Source of the DNA: Catajapyx aquilonaris | Taxonomy: Eukaryota | Reading direction: 5' to 3' | Assembly: GCA_000934665.2 (NCBI GenBank) | Contig: JYFJ02003724.1 | Span: forward strand, 1 to 38,396 | Length of the DNA: 38,396 nucleotides | In this document: piece after piece, positions 12,170 to 25,048 of the stretch | Numbering within the stretch: position 1 is the first letter of the stretch | How the letters are laid out: every line of letters starts with the position of its first letter | Notes under the pieces: generated by a model | Databases searched by the model: none | Seen by the model: the letters and a program-made list of their open reading frames with translations, nothing else | What the model was told of the DNA's origin: nothing | Made by a program: the position numbers and the translations under genes

Positions 12170-12895
12170 CGAGGTGGTTTTTTAAAGGCACAGCCACAGC
12201 TGCTGCGCTCATACTTGTGTAGCATTGTCCATTAATATATTTTGTGCAAATGTGAGCGATATTACTATATTTTCATATTGTCACATACGTTATCAAATTT
12301 GCAATGTTCACCGGTACGCCACCACACTGCCAACATTCACTGAGTAACAATGATGTATTTACTAATGATCGTGTCATGCGTAAGACATGCTATGGACATG
12401 TGAATATATTGGAAGTCCCCAGCGGATCCCCAGCGGATTAGGTTTTGTCAAAGGTGTCCTACGACTAATGCATGAGTCCTGCAGGCTGTGTACTGCTGCA
12501 CTGTAATATAGGTAAGTGATGTAATTTGAGTTGACAAAATCACGATGATGAAAGGACACCTCGAGGAAGGTGATGCCGTCACTCCGCGAATAACAGGCAG
12601 CAGTCTGGCCTATACTGGTATACAGGCAAGAAGATGAAATTAATAAGACCCAGCAAATCGTCAGGAGAATTATGGTGATAAAATGGGCGATAGTCGATAT
12701 AATCGCTCACTCTGGTATGCACCAATGTAACGCATAAGGCAGCAATATCAAGAAGTGTTGGACGGGGGGAAATGTTCCATTCTACCGGGCACATTGTATG
12801 GGCACAAAGATAGCTCAAAGCCGCAGAAATTTAAAAATGTCAGCTGTGCAACATTTAGGGATGGGTCCTGGATGGGTCCTATGCTACTGAGGATT
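12170..12895 (+). mobile_element. Possible very old mariner 5' half
   Basis: ta|cgaggtgg mariner-like terminus, DDER..RGR near 12544, and FKNVSCA...WV.-ML-ED near 12830-12895 (cf. KVCARWVPRMLT). Weak. Confidence 0.28.
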
Positions 12896-14011
12896 AGTTA
12901 ATTTAATCTCAATAACTCTAGCAGAAAATGGGACAACAGTTGTCTGGCATTACCTTGTTCTTGTCACGATTCAGAGGATTAACTCTTGTTGGGTTTGAAT
13001 CCCTCATAAAGTCTATTTGATACTGGATATTCCATCACCCATTGGCATGTGCTTTCAGAGTATCTGACAATCTTCCATGTTAAAAGAACCAGGTATTAAA
13101 ATGGAAATCTGAATATAGTGGTTATTGAGTGGTCATGAGAAATGAAGAGAGCATGGCATAGCACTACACAAATAATGAATCCACGAGCCTAAAATTATTA
13201 TAACAGTTCAGGATGAGGTGCATGGTCTACTTCCTGAGAAGTTCTAAGAAATCTAATAATATTCCCTGTTGCAGATCTACATCGCACTTTTGGTGAAAAA
13301 TAAAATAAGAGAAGACGTAAAGTGGTCAGAGAAATAGCACGTGGAAGGGGGGAAGGCAAACAATAATGGGGTATTACGGTATTGGCCGCATGAGACTTAA
13401 ATTACCTTAATACGGCGCAGGGAGATTAGGAAACTGCTCTACTGTTCCGCATTATTTAGTTAATCGCATTCTGAAGCCTCCCTGGAGCTCTCTGATACAC
13501 CCTTGCTGTTGCATGCAATCTCTCAACGCTGTTTAACTTCACAGGTTATGTTGTGAGTTATTTATCCACGTAGTAGTAATGGACTCATAACGACGTTGAG
13601 CTGTACAAGATGAACCACAAATACTTAATGTACCAAAACACCATGAGCATCCATTTGGCATTTGAAATAAATTACGTACGCCTGAAACATCAAACATGAA
13701 AAGTAAAATACAATACATCGTCAAATGATTATTTTCATCACACCACTTTGTTTTAAAAACAACTGGTGTAAACGGATATTGTTGACTCGAATGAAGCACG
13801 GGTATATACTGCTAGTGGAAATAATTATATTGACGCAGTTTTATCATAACATTATTCACCAAGTTCAGTTTTCCAAGATCTACGGTAAATTATAATGTGT
13901 GTATTTATAAATATGACATATCCGAAATCTATTATGCAATCAAATAGCTATTATCTGGTGATTTTAATAATGAAGAAAAATTCCCCCTGCGAAAAGCCAA
14001 GGTAGACAAAG

Positions 14012-14102
14012 AACGCGTGACAACGTGACCTGTTGGTTTCCATGTATATGCAGTGTTACACTGCATATACATGGAAACCAAAAGGTCACGTTGTCACGCG
14101 TT
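14012..14102. repeat. Near-perfect palindrome: 45-bp arms, 1-nt loop, 1 mismatch
   Basis: aacgcgtgacaacgtgacctgttggtttccatgtatatgcagtgt-t-acactgcatatacatggaaaccaaaaggtcacgttgtcacgcgtt. Confidence 0.95.
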
Positions 14103-14579
14103 GTCACGTCTTCATCTCAGGGTTTCCGGTTTTATAATGGAAACAGAATTAGCTTTATTCTTGCAAGAGAGGGCATGTCAGGTTCAGGCAACCACTCAGC
14201 CAGCATAGCCCTCACACTTTATCAAGGTCCAACTCATACCCAAATCCATAAAAGGTTGTCTGCTATTGGAGAAGGAAGCCACATTATTAACTATACTTTA
14301 CCTAAAAGTCTTTCTGTGCATGGGATAACACGTAAAGGGTTAATGTTGCTATAAGCACTGTACCTGATAAATATAATTATGGAGCAAAAACTATATTGAA
14401 TCTGTCGTAAATTTTCATTTTCCCTTAACCCCTGAGCCCCCAGCTATGCCGCCATCGCCTAGATTTTCGTTTTTGTTAAACTCGCATGTACTCTGAAGAT
14501 AAAAAACAATATATTTTATCAATAATAACAGCTATACTTACACGTTCATGCTCATAGGGATAGGGATCTATAGGTATGT

Positions 14580-14762
14580 TGAGCTTAGTTGCTCACAATG
14601 TAAAATAATAGGAAATAAACTTCCCTAACTCGAATTTCTATAACTGTTATAGAAATTCGAGTTATGGAAGTTTATTTCCTATTATTTTACATTGTGGCCA
14701 ACCAAGCTCATCATTTTCTTCGACTTCCACTTAGGGAAGTTCGACTTATAGAGCTTTTACTG
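14580..14762. mobile_element. 65-bp-arm palindrome (14580-14710, 1-nt loop) followed by a pogo/Tigger-like right end
   Basis: Arms 14580-14644 and 14646-14710 with ~4 mismatches. The terminus ...gttcgacttatagagcttttactg|ta (reverse complement cagtaaaagctctataagtcgaac) resembles the TIR at 23395. No left terminus found. Confidence 0.75.
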
Positions 14763-15998
14763 TACATGACATAAGACAACTCCGGGTCTTTCCGATATTC
14801 ATGTAAACCTCAGTTATTTCGATGGAGAATCCTGATGGGGTGAGATTCAGATAAGGTGGTGGGTGGTCTTTGCCTTATAGTCTGGAGCACGGTCTGAGGA
14901 CAGAAAATAAATAACGTACCGGTACCTTTCAAACTGCATGTAATCAAATGAGTGTGCTGCGAATACACTGGAATCACAAGAGTTGCATGGTATATCCTGC
15001 AGTCTTGAGAGCATTACTTCTATAAACCTGTAATATAGGATACTGGCTTTCTTAACATGAAACTATATTCTTAAGTGCAGCAATCTGCGCTAATTTCAAT
15101 TAAGAGATTAGCCCTTCCAAAATGAACCCGACTATTATTCCCTAGCTGTGCTTTCCCTATCCAAAGGCAGAAAATAACTCGTGACAGTTGAATTATATCG
15201 GCCTTAGCCCATTATGTATTTTTGCGGAATGGAAAGAGTTTCGAATTAGGAGCATCTAAGGCGTCGGGTCGCCTGCTTAGCAGCGATAGCTCTTAATGTC
15301 TCAGCACTTTCCGTACGTGGTCGGGACTAAAAGCACGAACCAACAGTGCCTGCCAAGAGTGATTTAAGCACACTTGCTCCAAGTGTCGCAATCACTCTGC
15401 ACAAATCGACATCCTCTTTTTATTATTTGCCGACACGATAAATTATACACTACGCATATAACATACTGCCTACACTGTAGTTTGGGCAAAAAAAATCTCT
15501 CCGTCACACCAAATGTATCTATTATTACGCTGCACAGTTTAACGTTTAGTACCGTGATTATTATTACAATAGAATAACGAACCTTCTGTCGGCACGTTTG
15601 AACTTCGCCAACGTTGACAGCGGCCGTGATGCTGAGTAATAATTAATTACTGCCCGTCCTCTCCCATTCATTACCACATTCATTGTATGGAATATAATTC
15701 ATATTTAATTTGCATTTTATGATGCTTGATTTCACAACCGCACTCGCCACGCTTTCCCCATGCAGCTGCTGCGGCAGTTCCGTAATTGTTGTTATGATTG
15801 TCGGAAAGACACGCACCTGATGAGGCCAGGAGTGGCTAACATATTACTTTGGACTACGAATAACTGGTCATCTCCTTGCGATCCTTTTAATTGCATGAGT
15901 TTAGTAATATACGTGGGCTAAAAATGGTACCTATACAGTATATATAATGATCACAACCTTGCGAGAAAAGCCTTCTCGCGACGCTTTTCGGCGGCGAG

Positions 15999-16490
15999 TT
16001 GTACCCCATTGGCTGTAAATACAAGCTGCGAGTGCTAGGGAGTGTATGGGTTGAACTCTCAACCATAAAGCGTGGTATGGATGATTCCATTGGTGGTGAC
16101 CGTAGGAGTGTCAATGATAACTACCGCCACAGATTTATGGAGCCTCATCTGCATCCCACACTGCGAATCAATCACTCTGTGCCAATATCCGTGTTGAATG
16201 CATATCATGATACGAGAGTATAGTTGTGTCATTGACGGCCTGATCGTTGCCACTGGTTCCTTCGCCCACGCTTGCCACAATATGCTACTTTGACTTATGC
16301 CTGGAAGTGTTTCTGCAACGTCATAATGATCCCCTACGTCTGGTTGTAACCATAGTGACTCTTATTTCAAATCATTTCACATCGGTATTCCAATATCAAC
16401 GACAGATACTTAATGGATATGCTCGTGTCAAATGGCATTTGAATGCTACGTATTTTTATATGCGTTTCCTGCCACTCTCTAGACATCCTG
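15999..16490 (+). pseudogene. Very degenerate Tc1/mariner transposase 3' half with possible right TIR
   Basis: SVWVELS (cf. VW.GIS), SVNDNYR....HLHPTL (cf. TVN...Y..L...L.P.L), PSPTLATICYFDLC (cf. RSPDLTPCDFFLW), an NG-HFE-like end, then gacatcctgca (cf. gacaccctgta). Confidence 0.4.
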
Positions 16491-17569
16491 CATAACAACG
16501 TTGGTCAGCCATATCATCTTTAAATGCAATGCGTTAAAGCATAGCTATTCAGGCTGCACTATACCCAACTTAGGGGCTCTAGCTTGTTGAATGCCGATAC
16601 AGCAGGAATACATCACAACGAGAGGAGGGCGCACCATATTTTGAAAAAAAGGGCCACTGAAACAAAATGCCGTACAGTACATCCGACTGAGCACTGAGCA
16701 CACACCAACAGATTTTCAGCGCAGTCCAGAAAAATTCAGACATGGTACAGCGTGGTATATGCCGAATCAGCTATTATACAGTAAGCCTAGAACGTGAGAT
16801 GGAAATCGGCCCAGCCCTTTTCCCCGCAATTTCCATGTTGGTGGAAATCAATGGAAGGGTAATTAATATGGCCTAGGCCTATTTGACAGCCTGGCAAAGC
16901 CCGGACTCTTCTCGATAAGCTCATATGACCTCCAAGTTGGCACGTGCAAACCTTTTCCACTCCGTTCCCGCGGGGGATTGCAGCTTTGGCACTTTTTCCA
17001 CAGAAAACTCGGCCACACAAATTAGAGTGCAGAACCAAAGCAGGCAAAATTTAGATAAACGAATACCTGGCCTTTGGATTATCTATTACGGCCTGCTTCT
17101 TAATGTCTGGCTTATTTGGATAAATGATTGTTTACCCATTCATATTAGGCATGTCAGCTCCTTAAATTGTTCATCTCGCAGGTTATACAGTAAGACCATA
17201 TTCTACACTTTTATAACTACATACGAGATTGGATTTTGTCGAGGTAACACTGCTGGTCTCAGATACTGCATAACTCTAGATTTTCTATAGATAGAACATG
17301 ATTTCTACAGTAGTTACTCGAACGTGTTATTTATAATCATGATAAATCCACTCAATGACGTCAGTCTCCGAGGAAGTCTCCTTTCATTTATTTCTTTTAT
17401 TTGAATAACATAATATAGGACAACTTGAAAGTTTTCTACTCATTCTATAGTCGTTTTTAGACGCTCCCTCAAGAACTGACTGCAGTCCAGCACTACAGTA
17501 TAATATTATATTGCTGATCCAATTTCTCAAATTGGGCTACACACTCGTTTAGTAAGTAGCCGAAAATGC

Positions 17570-17770
17570 TTCGGGCCAGCCAAACGCTGTCGTCTGCATA
17601 AACCACATCATGGAAATTACATCTCGTTACCAATTTCCATGCAGGAGTTCTCAGTTTACTGCAGACATGAGCTTATGAACTTTACGCATCTTTTTCAATG
17701 CTCAAAGTCTTTCACCCTCATTTTACTGCCTCTACAACTGTGTAATATTTTTTGTACTGTATTCCAGTAT
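17570..17770 (-). pseudogene. Possible degenerate Tc1/mariner transposase fragment
   Basis: Minus strand: YK..TVVEAVK...DFEH*KRCVKF then MWF..D (cf. YK.TVV.ELK..D..KR..FC / WFSDEA). Confidence 0.3.
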
Positions 17771-18889
17771 TATTTGGATGACTCTATTGTTGTACACACA
17801 CGTCTTATACATGCAGAGACACGCAGTAACCGTGACTCCCGAATTCCAATTCACACAGTTTTTAGTAGAAATAGCGTATATACTATAGTACTATACGCTC
17901 GCATCATTCTGTCAGCTGCCATTCAAATGGAGGATCTTGTAACTAAGGGAAAGAGGCGTGAATTTGTGAGACTTCCACCAATTCCGATCTGCGCACACTT
18001 TTAATATGCAAAGTAGGCCTATTATAATAGGCACATCCTCTCACCGTAAATGATATGCAAACTTATTCATCATACTAGCGCATTATGAGGTTATGCCAAA
18101 AAATTGCCAGAAGCGATTACAGCAGTGCTCCACACTGATCATTTCATTCATTTACATCGTGACTATTTCACTATAACTAGTAGTCAGCGATGATTAGGGA
18201 GACGCGGATCTCCTCAGTGACACTGTTCATTAAACTATGTTATAATGTATAATAAGTGTAATTAATGAGCCGTCCCGTTATAATTATGGTCATTGAGATA
18301 GATAATTGCACATACCTAGCGAAGGCTATTGTTATGCCTATATTGTTGTTGTTTGGGGTTATAGAGTACTGTAGCAGTTGAAATAAGTCTCATATTATTA
18401 TTCTACGAGACGTGTTTCATGTCTATAGTGCTGGACCAATAGGGTCATACGAGTCATACTGGAATTCATATGCACATCTGCTGGTAACAGGTAAGTGTTA
18501 TGCTTAGACTGTATCAAATGAAGTTTGATGAGTTGTGTGATTATTATGGATACCTGAAATTCAGAATGATCACAAGCATTGGTCAAAATTGATTTATGCA
18601 TTGTGCAATCCAGCCAGCAATTCTCGAAGCGCATACTATAATAGGTGTACCTTCAAGTCCGTTTTCAGTTATGCAATACAGTGATTATTACGTTACCAAG
18701 AGAAATTTCTGAACAAATAACTCCTTAAGGGATTTTAAAAATCTTCCAATATCATAAACCCGATAATATCTAGAAATTCTTCCAAATCATAATTTGACTC
18801 TGATTGTTCTCCATGACAGGTCTTCATGTACATAATGTTGCACTGAATGTTGTCTGCTAACGCGTGTCATGTTTCTGGGGCATGTGTGT

Positions 18890-18937
<48 letters not shown>
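18890..18937. repeat. (TAG)16 microsatellite
   Basis: Directly visible perfect run. Confidence 0.97.
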
Positions 18938-18939
<2 letters not shown>

Positions 18940-19689
18940 AATCACTGCAGGGTATTTTGTAAATGATCAAACACCCAACAAACATGAAGAGAGAATTCCT
19001 GTGAACCACAGGATCACATTATGTAGGGATGTCATTTGGTCCCCGAAATCTTCCCCACTGACTGTGACATAATTAGCATTAATCAAATTCGAATTTTTTG
19101 CCTACGCAGCTGCGTGCAGATGGCCGTATGTTTACGTCATGTACCGTTTGCTAGTCAGGACATCAGTCAGGGCATTGTTAGGACATCAGTCAGTACCCAG
19201 ATGGTATTTTGCGATCGCGAAATACCGTCTCCGAGACGGTACATGAGTCGGTACATGAATTACATAGTGTTTAACATTAAAATCAAGGCAAAGTAGCAGA
19301 AGAGCCGAACACATGTCAGAATGTTTCACACCTTGTTTTTGAAGTCCATTCGCTCAGTAACGAGGAGGGGAAGGCCAAAAAAAGCCCCTATATAGTGCAC
19401 AGGAACTCACCATAGAAGTTTGTTCAGATCATTATAAAACAACCAGTGCATATTCCGCTGGATCGAAACTTTTGCTAAAATTTACCTACAGTGTGAAATT
19501 GATTTTAAAACACACTTCTGCTTAGACACAGTCATCCTGCATCCTATCCAAAGGCAGGCACGACAATTAACGACGGTGATACAAATAAACGACTTCTGTC
19601 AGTTCAAAATAATTAAGAGGTTTTTTTACTCCTACAGTAAAAAGTTGATGTGCTTGGAATTTGGATATTTTCATTCTTATAGACCCTAA

Positions 19690-20030
19690 CTTAAAAGTGA
19701 CATGATATATCCTTCATCCAAATCCAACTGAAGAACCCTGAAGATCAATGTGTCAATAATGTTGATGGAGTAAAATGTATATCACCCGCAGGCACCTCCC
19801 CCATATCAGCCTCCACCGATACATGCACCACCTAGGCTGTGAATAATCCACGGTTGTATGCGGACTTAATAGAGAAAGTTATTCCACATGCGGTTGACCT
19901 AACATAATGTTCTGATCCATGCATTTGTTTTCGAAAATTTCGGTAAGTTATAAATAGCCTCGTGGTAGTAAATTTGCAATTCCAAAACTGAACTATGGGA
20001 ATAGTCTGTTCAGTTTTGAATGGTGAGTTC
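19690..20030 (-). pseudogene. Degenerate Tc1/mariner (DUF4817-HTH type) transposase 5' part
   Basis: ORF 19832-20056(-) contains FKTEQTIPIVQFW...TYRNFRKQ...RST (cf. FT.EQ...IV..Y....T.R.FR); further downstream IFRVLQLDL..GY (cf. WRIL..DL...PY). Confidence 0.5.
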
Positions 20031-20670
20031 AAAACATAGGTCTGAGTCATTTCCATACAGACTGCACAATTTCAAAATATTTCCAGTACAGGCCTAGCTC
20101 ATCTAAAATAGCAAAGAATCATGTAACAAAATGACATTCTGGTTAATAACTAACAATACAGGTACAGGTATACATGAGGCATGACTTGGATTATCGTGAC
20201 ACGGGATGTTTACGACAATGCGGTTTAAAAAAAAACATGCTGATACTGAATACGTACGGTAATGCTCTGTCATAAGTTGAAGCACAGAGCGGAAATACAG
20301 AGCATTACGACTTGAGTCTACTGGTCTAGTTGAAAAACGTTGTGATGCGGTGGGACATTTCTCTCTCTCTCTCTTCGCTTCCAAGTAGAAGAGCTCTCTA
20401 CATTGAAGGCACCTGCACGATCCGTGCTTTTCCAGTGCGCTTGGTCGGGAAGCGATGCAACTGAAAGTTCTTTTAGTTGGGATTCCCGCCGAGACGCATC
20501 AGCTGCTACAGACAGCTTATGAGAGATTTTCAGCCTGAATATCATGCGCAAATGGCACAGGCCCTTTTCAGAGGGGTGGGCAGAGAGAAAACGTGGAAGG
20601 TTTCATTACCAAAAGGTAACCGAAAATGTTCCGATCGCAAAAAGAAAACATTATTGGCATCCTTGCATGA

Positions 20671-20739
<69 letters not shown>
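20671..20739. repeat. (AAT)23 microsatellite
   Basis: Directly visible perfect run; it explains the poly-I and poly-L ORFs. Confidence 0.98.
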
Positions 20740-20740
<1 letters not shown>

Positions 20741-23394
20741 CTGAGGTGCAAAGAGCAGCAGCTGAAGTGGCAGCATAGTCAAGTAACAAGTTGGGTAGAG
20801 GGGGGTTTAGGTTGGTGTGATTTCAATCCATCTGCAGAATCCGTTTCCATCAGAGATCCACCTGCGCCTTGATTCGCGGAATCCAAGTGGGCAGCATTAC
20901 CCGGCAGGCAATATCGAACTTCTGCCCTAAAAGTGCGGCATCTCTGCGGACTGCAAATGCGGCCAGTCCCCCCTGCCATCCCCGAACATCTCAGCCCCAT
21001 CCCTCCCTCCCTTCGGGAATGCCTTACTTTTGGGCCTCGCAGGATGCCATATCCTATACATTCAGTCATTCTTCCTTCCAGGGCTCCCTCTTTCAGCTTT
21101 AATGCAAACTACTATCTTACAATTGCAGTTTATCCCGTGTAGTTAATGTCGTGCTCCCTGATTGCATGCTAATTATGAGCATGGGATGCGTAATGACCCA
21201 TAATTGGCTCAAACTGGCGATCATTTTGCAGTGTTCATGCAGCGGCTCACCCTTCAATATTGTGCTCTCTATAGTGAAATTATATTCATTATGCGGCATC
21301 TAAAAACATGTCATTTGTGCAGCTGAGTTGTGAAGGGCCGCGTTCTCACGGCGGACATGATCAATTGCTGGGCCATGGGTGCCGTCACTGGAGTCGTGCT
21401 GCTAGCTGGCACATTCCTTGTATTTAACAAAGGGAGGGGAAATCTTAATCTGAGAAACTAGCTTTAAAGGAAGGAGGCCGGGGCAGATTTGATCAAGATG
21501 AAAAGCAGCGTAATTGATACAAGTGGTGGCGCTGTTGACTGAGTTCAAGTCGGGCGCTATTGCTATACCAAGACATGGTAATCCCCAGCAGGGATGCTAG
21601 GACACAAAATATTCATGACACACAATTCCCTGAGCTGGGTGAACTTTCGTCAGTTAGGAGCCAGTGGTTTTTACTCAAGACCGATGTTTTATTAAAATGA
21701 AGATGTTGCACAGGCAAAGCTATTCTCCCCTTACCTCCGGTACAATAGGTCTCCCACCCCCCTACTTCCTCTTTTCCCTTTTCTGGCCTGCTCCTGCTTA
21801 TAAATTGGCTCTCCCTCGCCAATAAATAAGGATGAGAAGAGCGGAAGCTGCAAGAAGGCGATTCCGACTGCAGATTGACCCATCCACAGTATTCTTTCCT
21901 CATTCCCCTTTTGTCTCCAGTACCTGAGACTACTTGGCTCTAAATGGGTTTACAAGGAATCGTTCCCGCATCATCTCAATCACCCGCTCCATCCGTTCTC
22001 CGTCCTTTTTCTTTCCGAGAGGCTCTCTTATTTTGTATTCCCGATGCAGCAGGCACAGCCACCGCAAAAAAAGAGGGAGAGAGAAAGAGAGACAGTGGGA
22101 GAGAGGGTAGGGGGAAGGGGAAGAAAAATTGGAATTCTCAGAGAAACCCGATCCTGCTCCGGGAAATATCCGGGACACAAGATAGCACGGGCCAGGGAAG
22201 TTCAAATGAGAATGTTGGCCTGGTTTTCTACTCCTAGATGATTCACCCCCCTCCCCCCTCCCTACCATTTTTGTACCTATTCCTTGTTTGTCTCCTTTCA
22301 TTACCATTCCCTTCTTCTTATCAACAGTTCGTAACACCCACTTCTATCCCTCTTCCCCCACCACACACAGTTATCACTGATATCCTCTTAACTATATCCT
22401 TATTTATGAACCCACGCTGCTATACTGCAACTTCACAATCAGGACGTATTGATTTCAAGTTGGGTTCCTTTTGTCCGCCTCATTTCTTGTGGTGGCCCAA
22501 GTGGAAGAGAAGGGAGGGATGGGAGAAGGGGAGGGAGGAAAGCTCTATTGTATAATAATATTTCTTCTCCCCCTCCTGCCCGACATGGTTTTGTTCCTCT
22601 TGCCTAGATATCATCTTCATTCAAAGAGACTCTTATCCTCCACACTCTGCCCAATTTTCTTTCCGTAATATAATCTTATCAAAGTCAGCCGATAGCTCCA
22701 CTAACATGCTGAAGATCGTCTAAGTAATAGAATGTCTACAAGTCGCATTAAAACCGGTTAGGTGTACGGCAATTAAGCCACTGAGTTACTATCGGAAGAT
22801 AATAGAAACACTTCCTGGAATGTGGGCCCTGATTTCAGCTTTTACAGCCTGGGAGTGCTCAGGCAGAATCGTGAATCAAATGAAGGAACTACTTCATTCA
22901 GGCCCACGTAATAACTGCACGTATCCATTATTCAGTTACGTATATGAGGAATTATGTGCCCTTTATCATGCTCTTAAAGGTATTGAAGGTGCCTTCACCA
23001 TATCCTTACCTTATATTTATATCCTTCTTTTATTAAGTCAGCCACAACTTCTTTATTATTGTTGTAAACTAGGCTGTACCACGTGCAGTTGCACAGTTTG
23101 AAATGTGGTTAGAAATGGCGTGGGTTAGTTGCGCTTAGTAGAATAATAAGATAAGGCAAACTGTTCACCGCAGAATCGCCCTCTTGTAGTCTACCCGAGT
23201 CTACTCATTTACCGTAGTAAGAGTGGAACCATTATTGAGTCAACATCAAAACCACTGTTATTTTATATTCCACTCTTTGTAAACTACCACAGGTCTGGTA
23301 AATATTGATGAAAAATGTAGGTGAACCACGCGGTGACAACGGACGAAGGGAATAACTCCGCACTGCTTCACATTGAAGTGAAGTAAATGTATTA

Positions 23395-23552
23395 CAGTAA
23401 AACCTCGATATAACGCTCTTCAAGGGACAGTCCAAAAGTAGCGTTATAAGCGGGATAGCGTTATATGTGGAAAAATTTACCTTATGGAAATGATCAAGGG
23501 ACCGGAAAAGGCGGCGTTAAAAGCGTGAAAGCGTTATATCGAGGTTTTACTG
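23395..23552. mobile_element. pogo/Tigger-like MITE, 158 bp
   Basis: Perfect 23-bp TIRs cagtaaaacctcgatataacgct; TA TSD (23393-23394, 23553-23554); internal repeats of gcgtta(t)a. Confidence 0.95.
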
Positions 23553-23762
23553 TAGTTGGACACAGCAGATCTTGTCCACCCAGTCCAAGCTTGGAGCGTT
23601 CTGGATTAATATTGGACCCGAACTCGGATGTGAGGATGGTTTGAACGTGGTTTAAAATTTTTATAGACACGTACTCGGAGGAATTTGACTATCAAATAGA
23701 GGGGAAGTTATGTGGCATGTGACGCTCTCTAACACTTCGGGAATAGTAAACAAATGATAAAT

Positions 23763-24573
23763 GAATGCCACAATCCAATAAGGGCCCACCTGTCAATTTC
23801 TACGGAAATGCTTTTATGTCATATTGTACATCCTCTGGTGGATGTCCATCCATATAAAATGCAAGAAGAGCCGAAATGTCACTAGTAATGCCTGGAAAAG
23901 GCTTCTAACCATCGACGGACCAAAACGCGATTGTCACTTTTGAAAAGCGCGATTTTAATGCACGACAAGTGTCCCGTGATTTGAAAATAGCAGTGATTTT
24001 TAAGCGCGACGTGAATTTTGTCTAAGCGCTACTTCTACAGGAGATGCGTTACTTTACCATTAGAACGTTCCCCTCTGAGGCAGCAGTGCAACACCTAGTG
24101 GAAAATAAAGTAGACTTGTGGGTCTATGTCACCAAAAAATCTTTGACCTACGCCCTCTTGAAGTGGTCAAAAATGGTCGCTACTTTATCAGGTGGCATTG
24201 GAGACCAGAAAACATTAAATTCATTTAAATATAATGTGTAATTACCCTGAGGCATATACTCTGTCTCCTGTATATCATAATCTTCATTAATAATTTTATC
24301 CTGAGACGGTTTATTTCGCCATATTTAAGCCAAATGAACGATACAATGCAATAAGGGCCCAATTGTGAGCATTAAAAGTATTTAAATAAAATATACCGTA
24401 ATTTACATGGACATTTCAATGAAAGTGCTGTCAGGTATTCATGTTGTACATATCTGTCATTAGGTTTAGAGCACAATTGCCTACAATGAACAGAAACAGA
24501 AATAAATAGTTTCTTTTCGCTTCCAGGACAGTTTCTATTTTCACAATTGGGCCCTTATTGAATTGTGGTCTTC
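23763..24573. mobile_element. Non-autonomous DNA transposon, 811 bp, AAAT TSD (Sola1-like), with a second internal left-end copy at 24336
   Basis: Left aaat|gaatgccacaatccaataagggcccacctgtca; right tcacaattgggcccttattgaattgtggtcttc|aaat; internal aaat|gaacgatacaatgcaataagggcccaattgtga. Confidence 0.75.
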
Positions 24574-24703
24574 AAATGTTATCCTTGAAAGAATAACCGT
24601 CTGTTTACTATTATGCAATATTATTAACAGCGTATACAAATCAGCATAAAATTATAGCGTAGCATAGTAGTAGTTTCATTGTTTCGAGTTTTTTGTTACA
24701 ATA

Positions 24704-25048
24704 ATTGATTAATAATAATTGATTGGGTATTCGGCTAACCCCCAGAGGTCTTCTGCCAGACCTTTATTGCGATGGTATACAATTTTGGGAATCCTATTTT
24801 TGAAGCGCCCGGGCCCACGGGCAGGATGACAGGAGGGGATGTGCAAAGTGCAGTGAATCTGACGCTGTGGCCATTTTTAGTGAACTCCCCCGGGTGGTTT
24901 AGTCTGTAGGAAATACCACCCGAGACGAAGCCAGAGGTGACCCAATGAACTCTGCACGAGATGAAGGGGGTGTCCCCGGGCTGGGATCGAACCCGGGACC
25001 TTAACATCCGTGGGCGCGCACGTTACCGCGGCGCCACTCCGTCTCCCT
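24704..25048 (-). mobile_element. tRNA-derived SINE, copy 2
   Basis: Reverse-complement homolog of 8614-8981 with A and B boxes (TGGCGCCGCGG, GGTTCGATCCC); perfect 18-bp TSD gagttttttgttacaata at 24686-24703 and 25049-25066. Confidence 0.95.

Noticed and set aside
14332..14445. piggyBac-like ends (aaagggTTAA and TTAAcccctgag)
   Set aside because: They face away from each other and no partner termini were found.
20477..20872. ORFs with poly-Ile or poly-Leu tracts
   Set aside because: They are translations of the (AAT)23 microsatellite.
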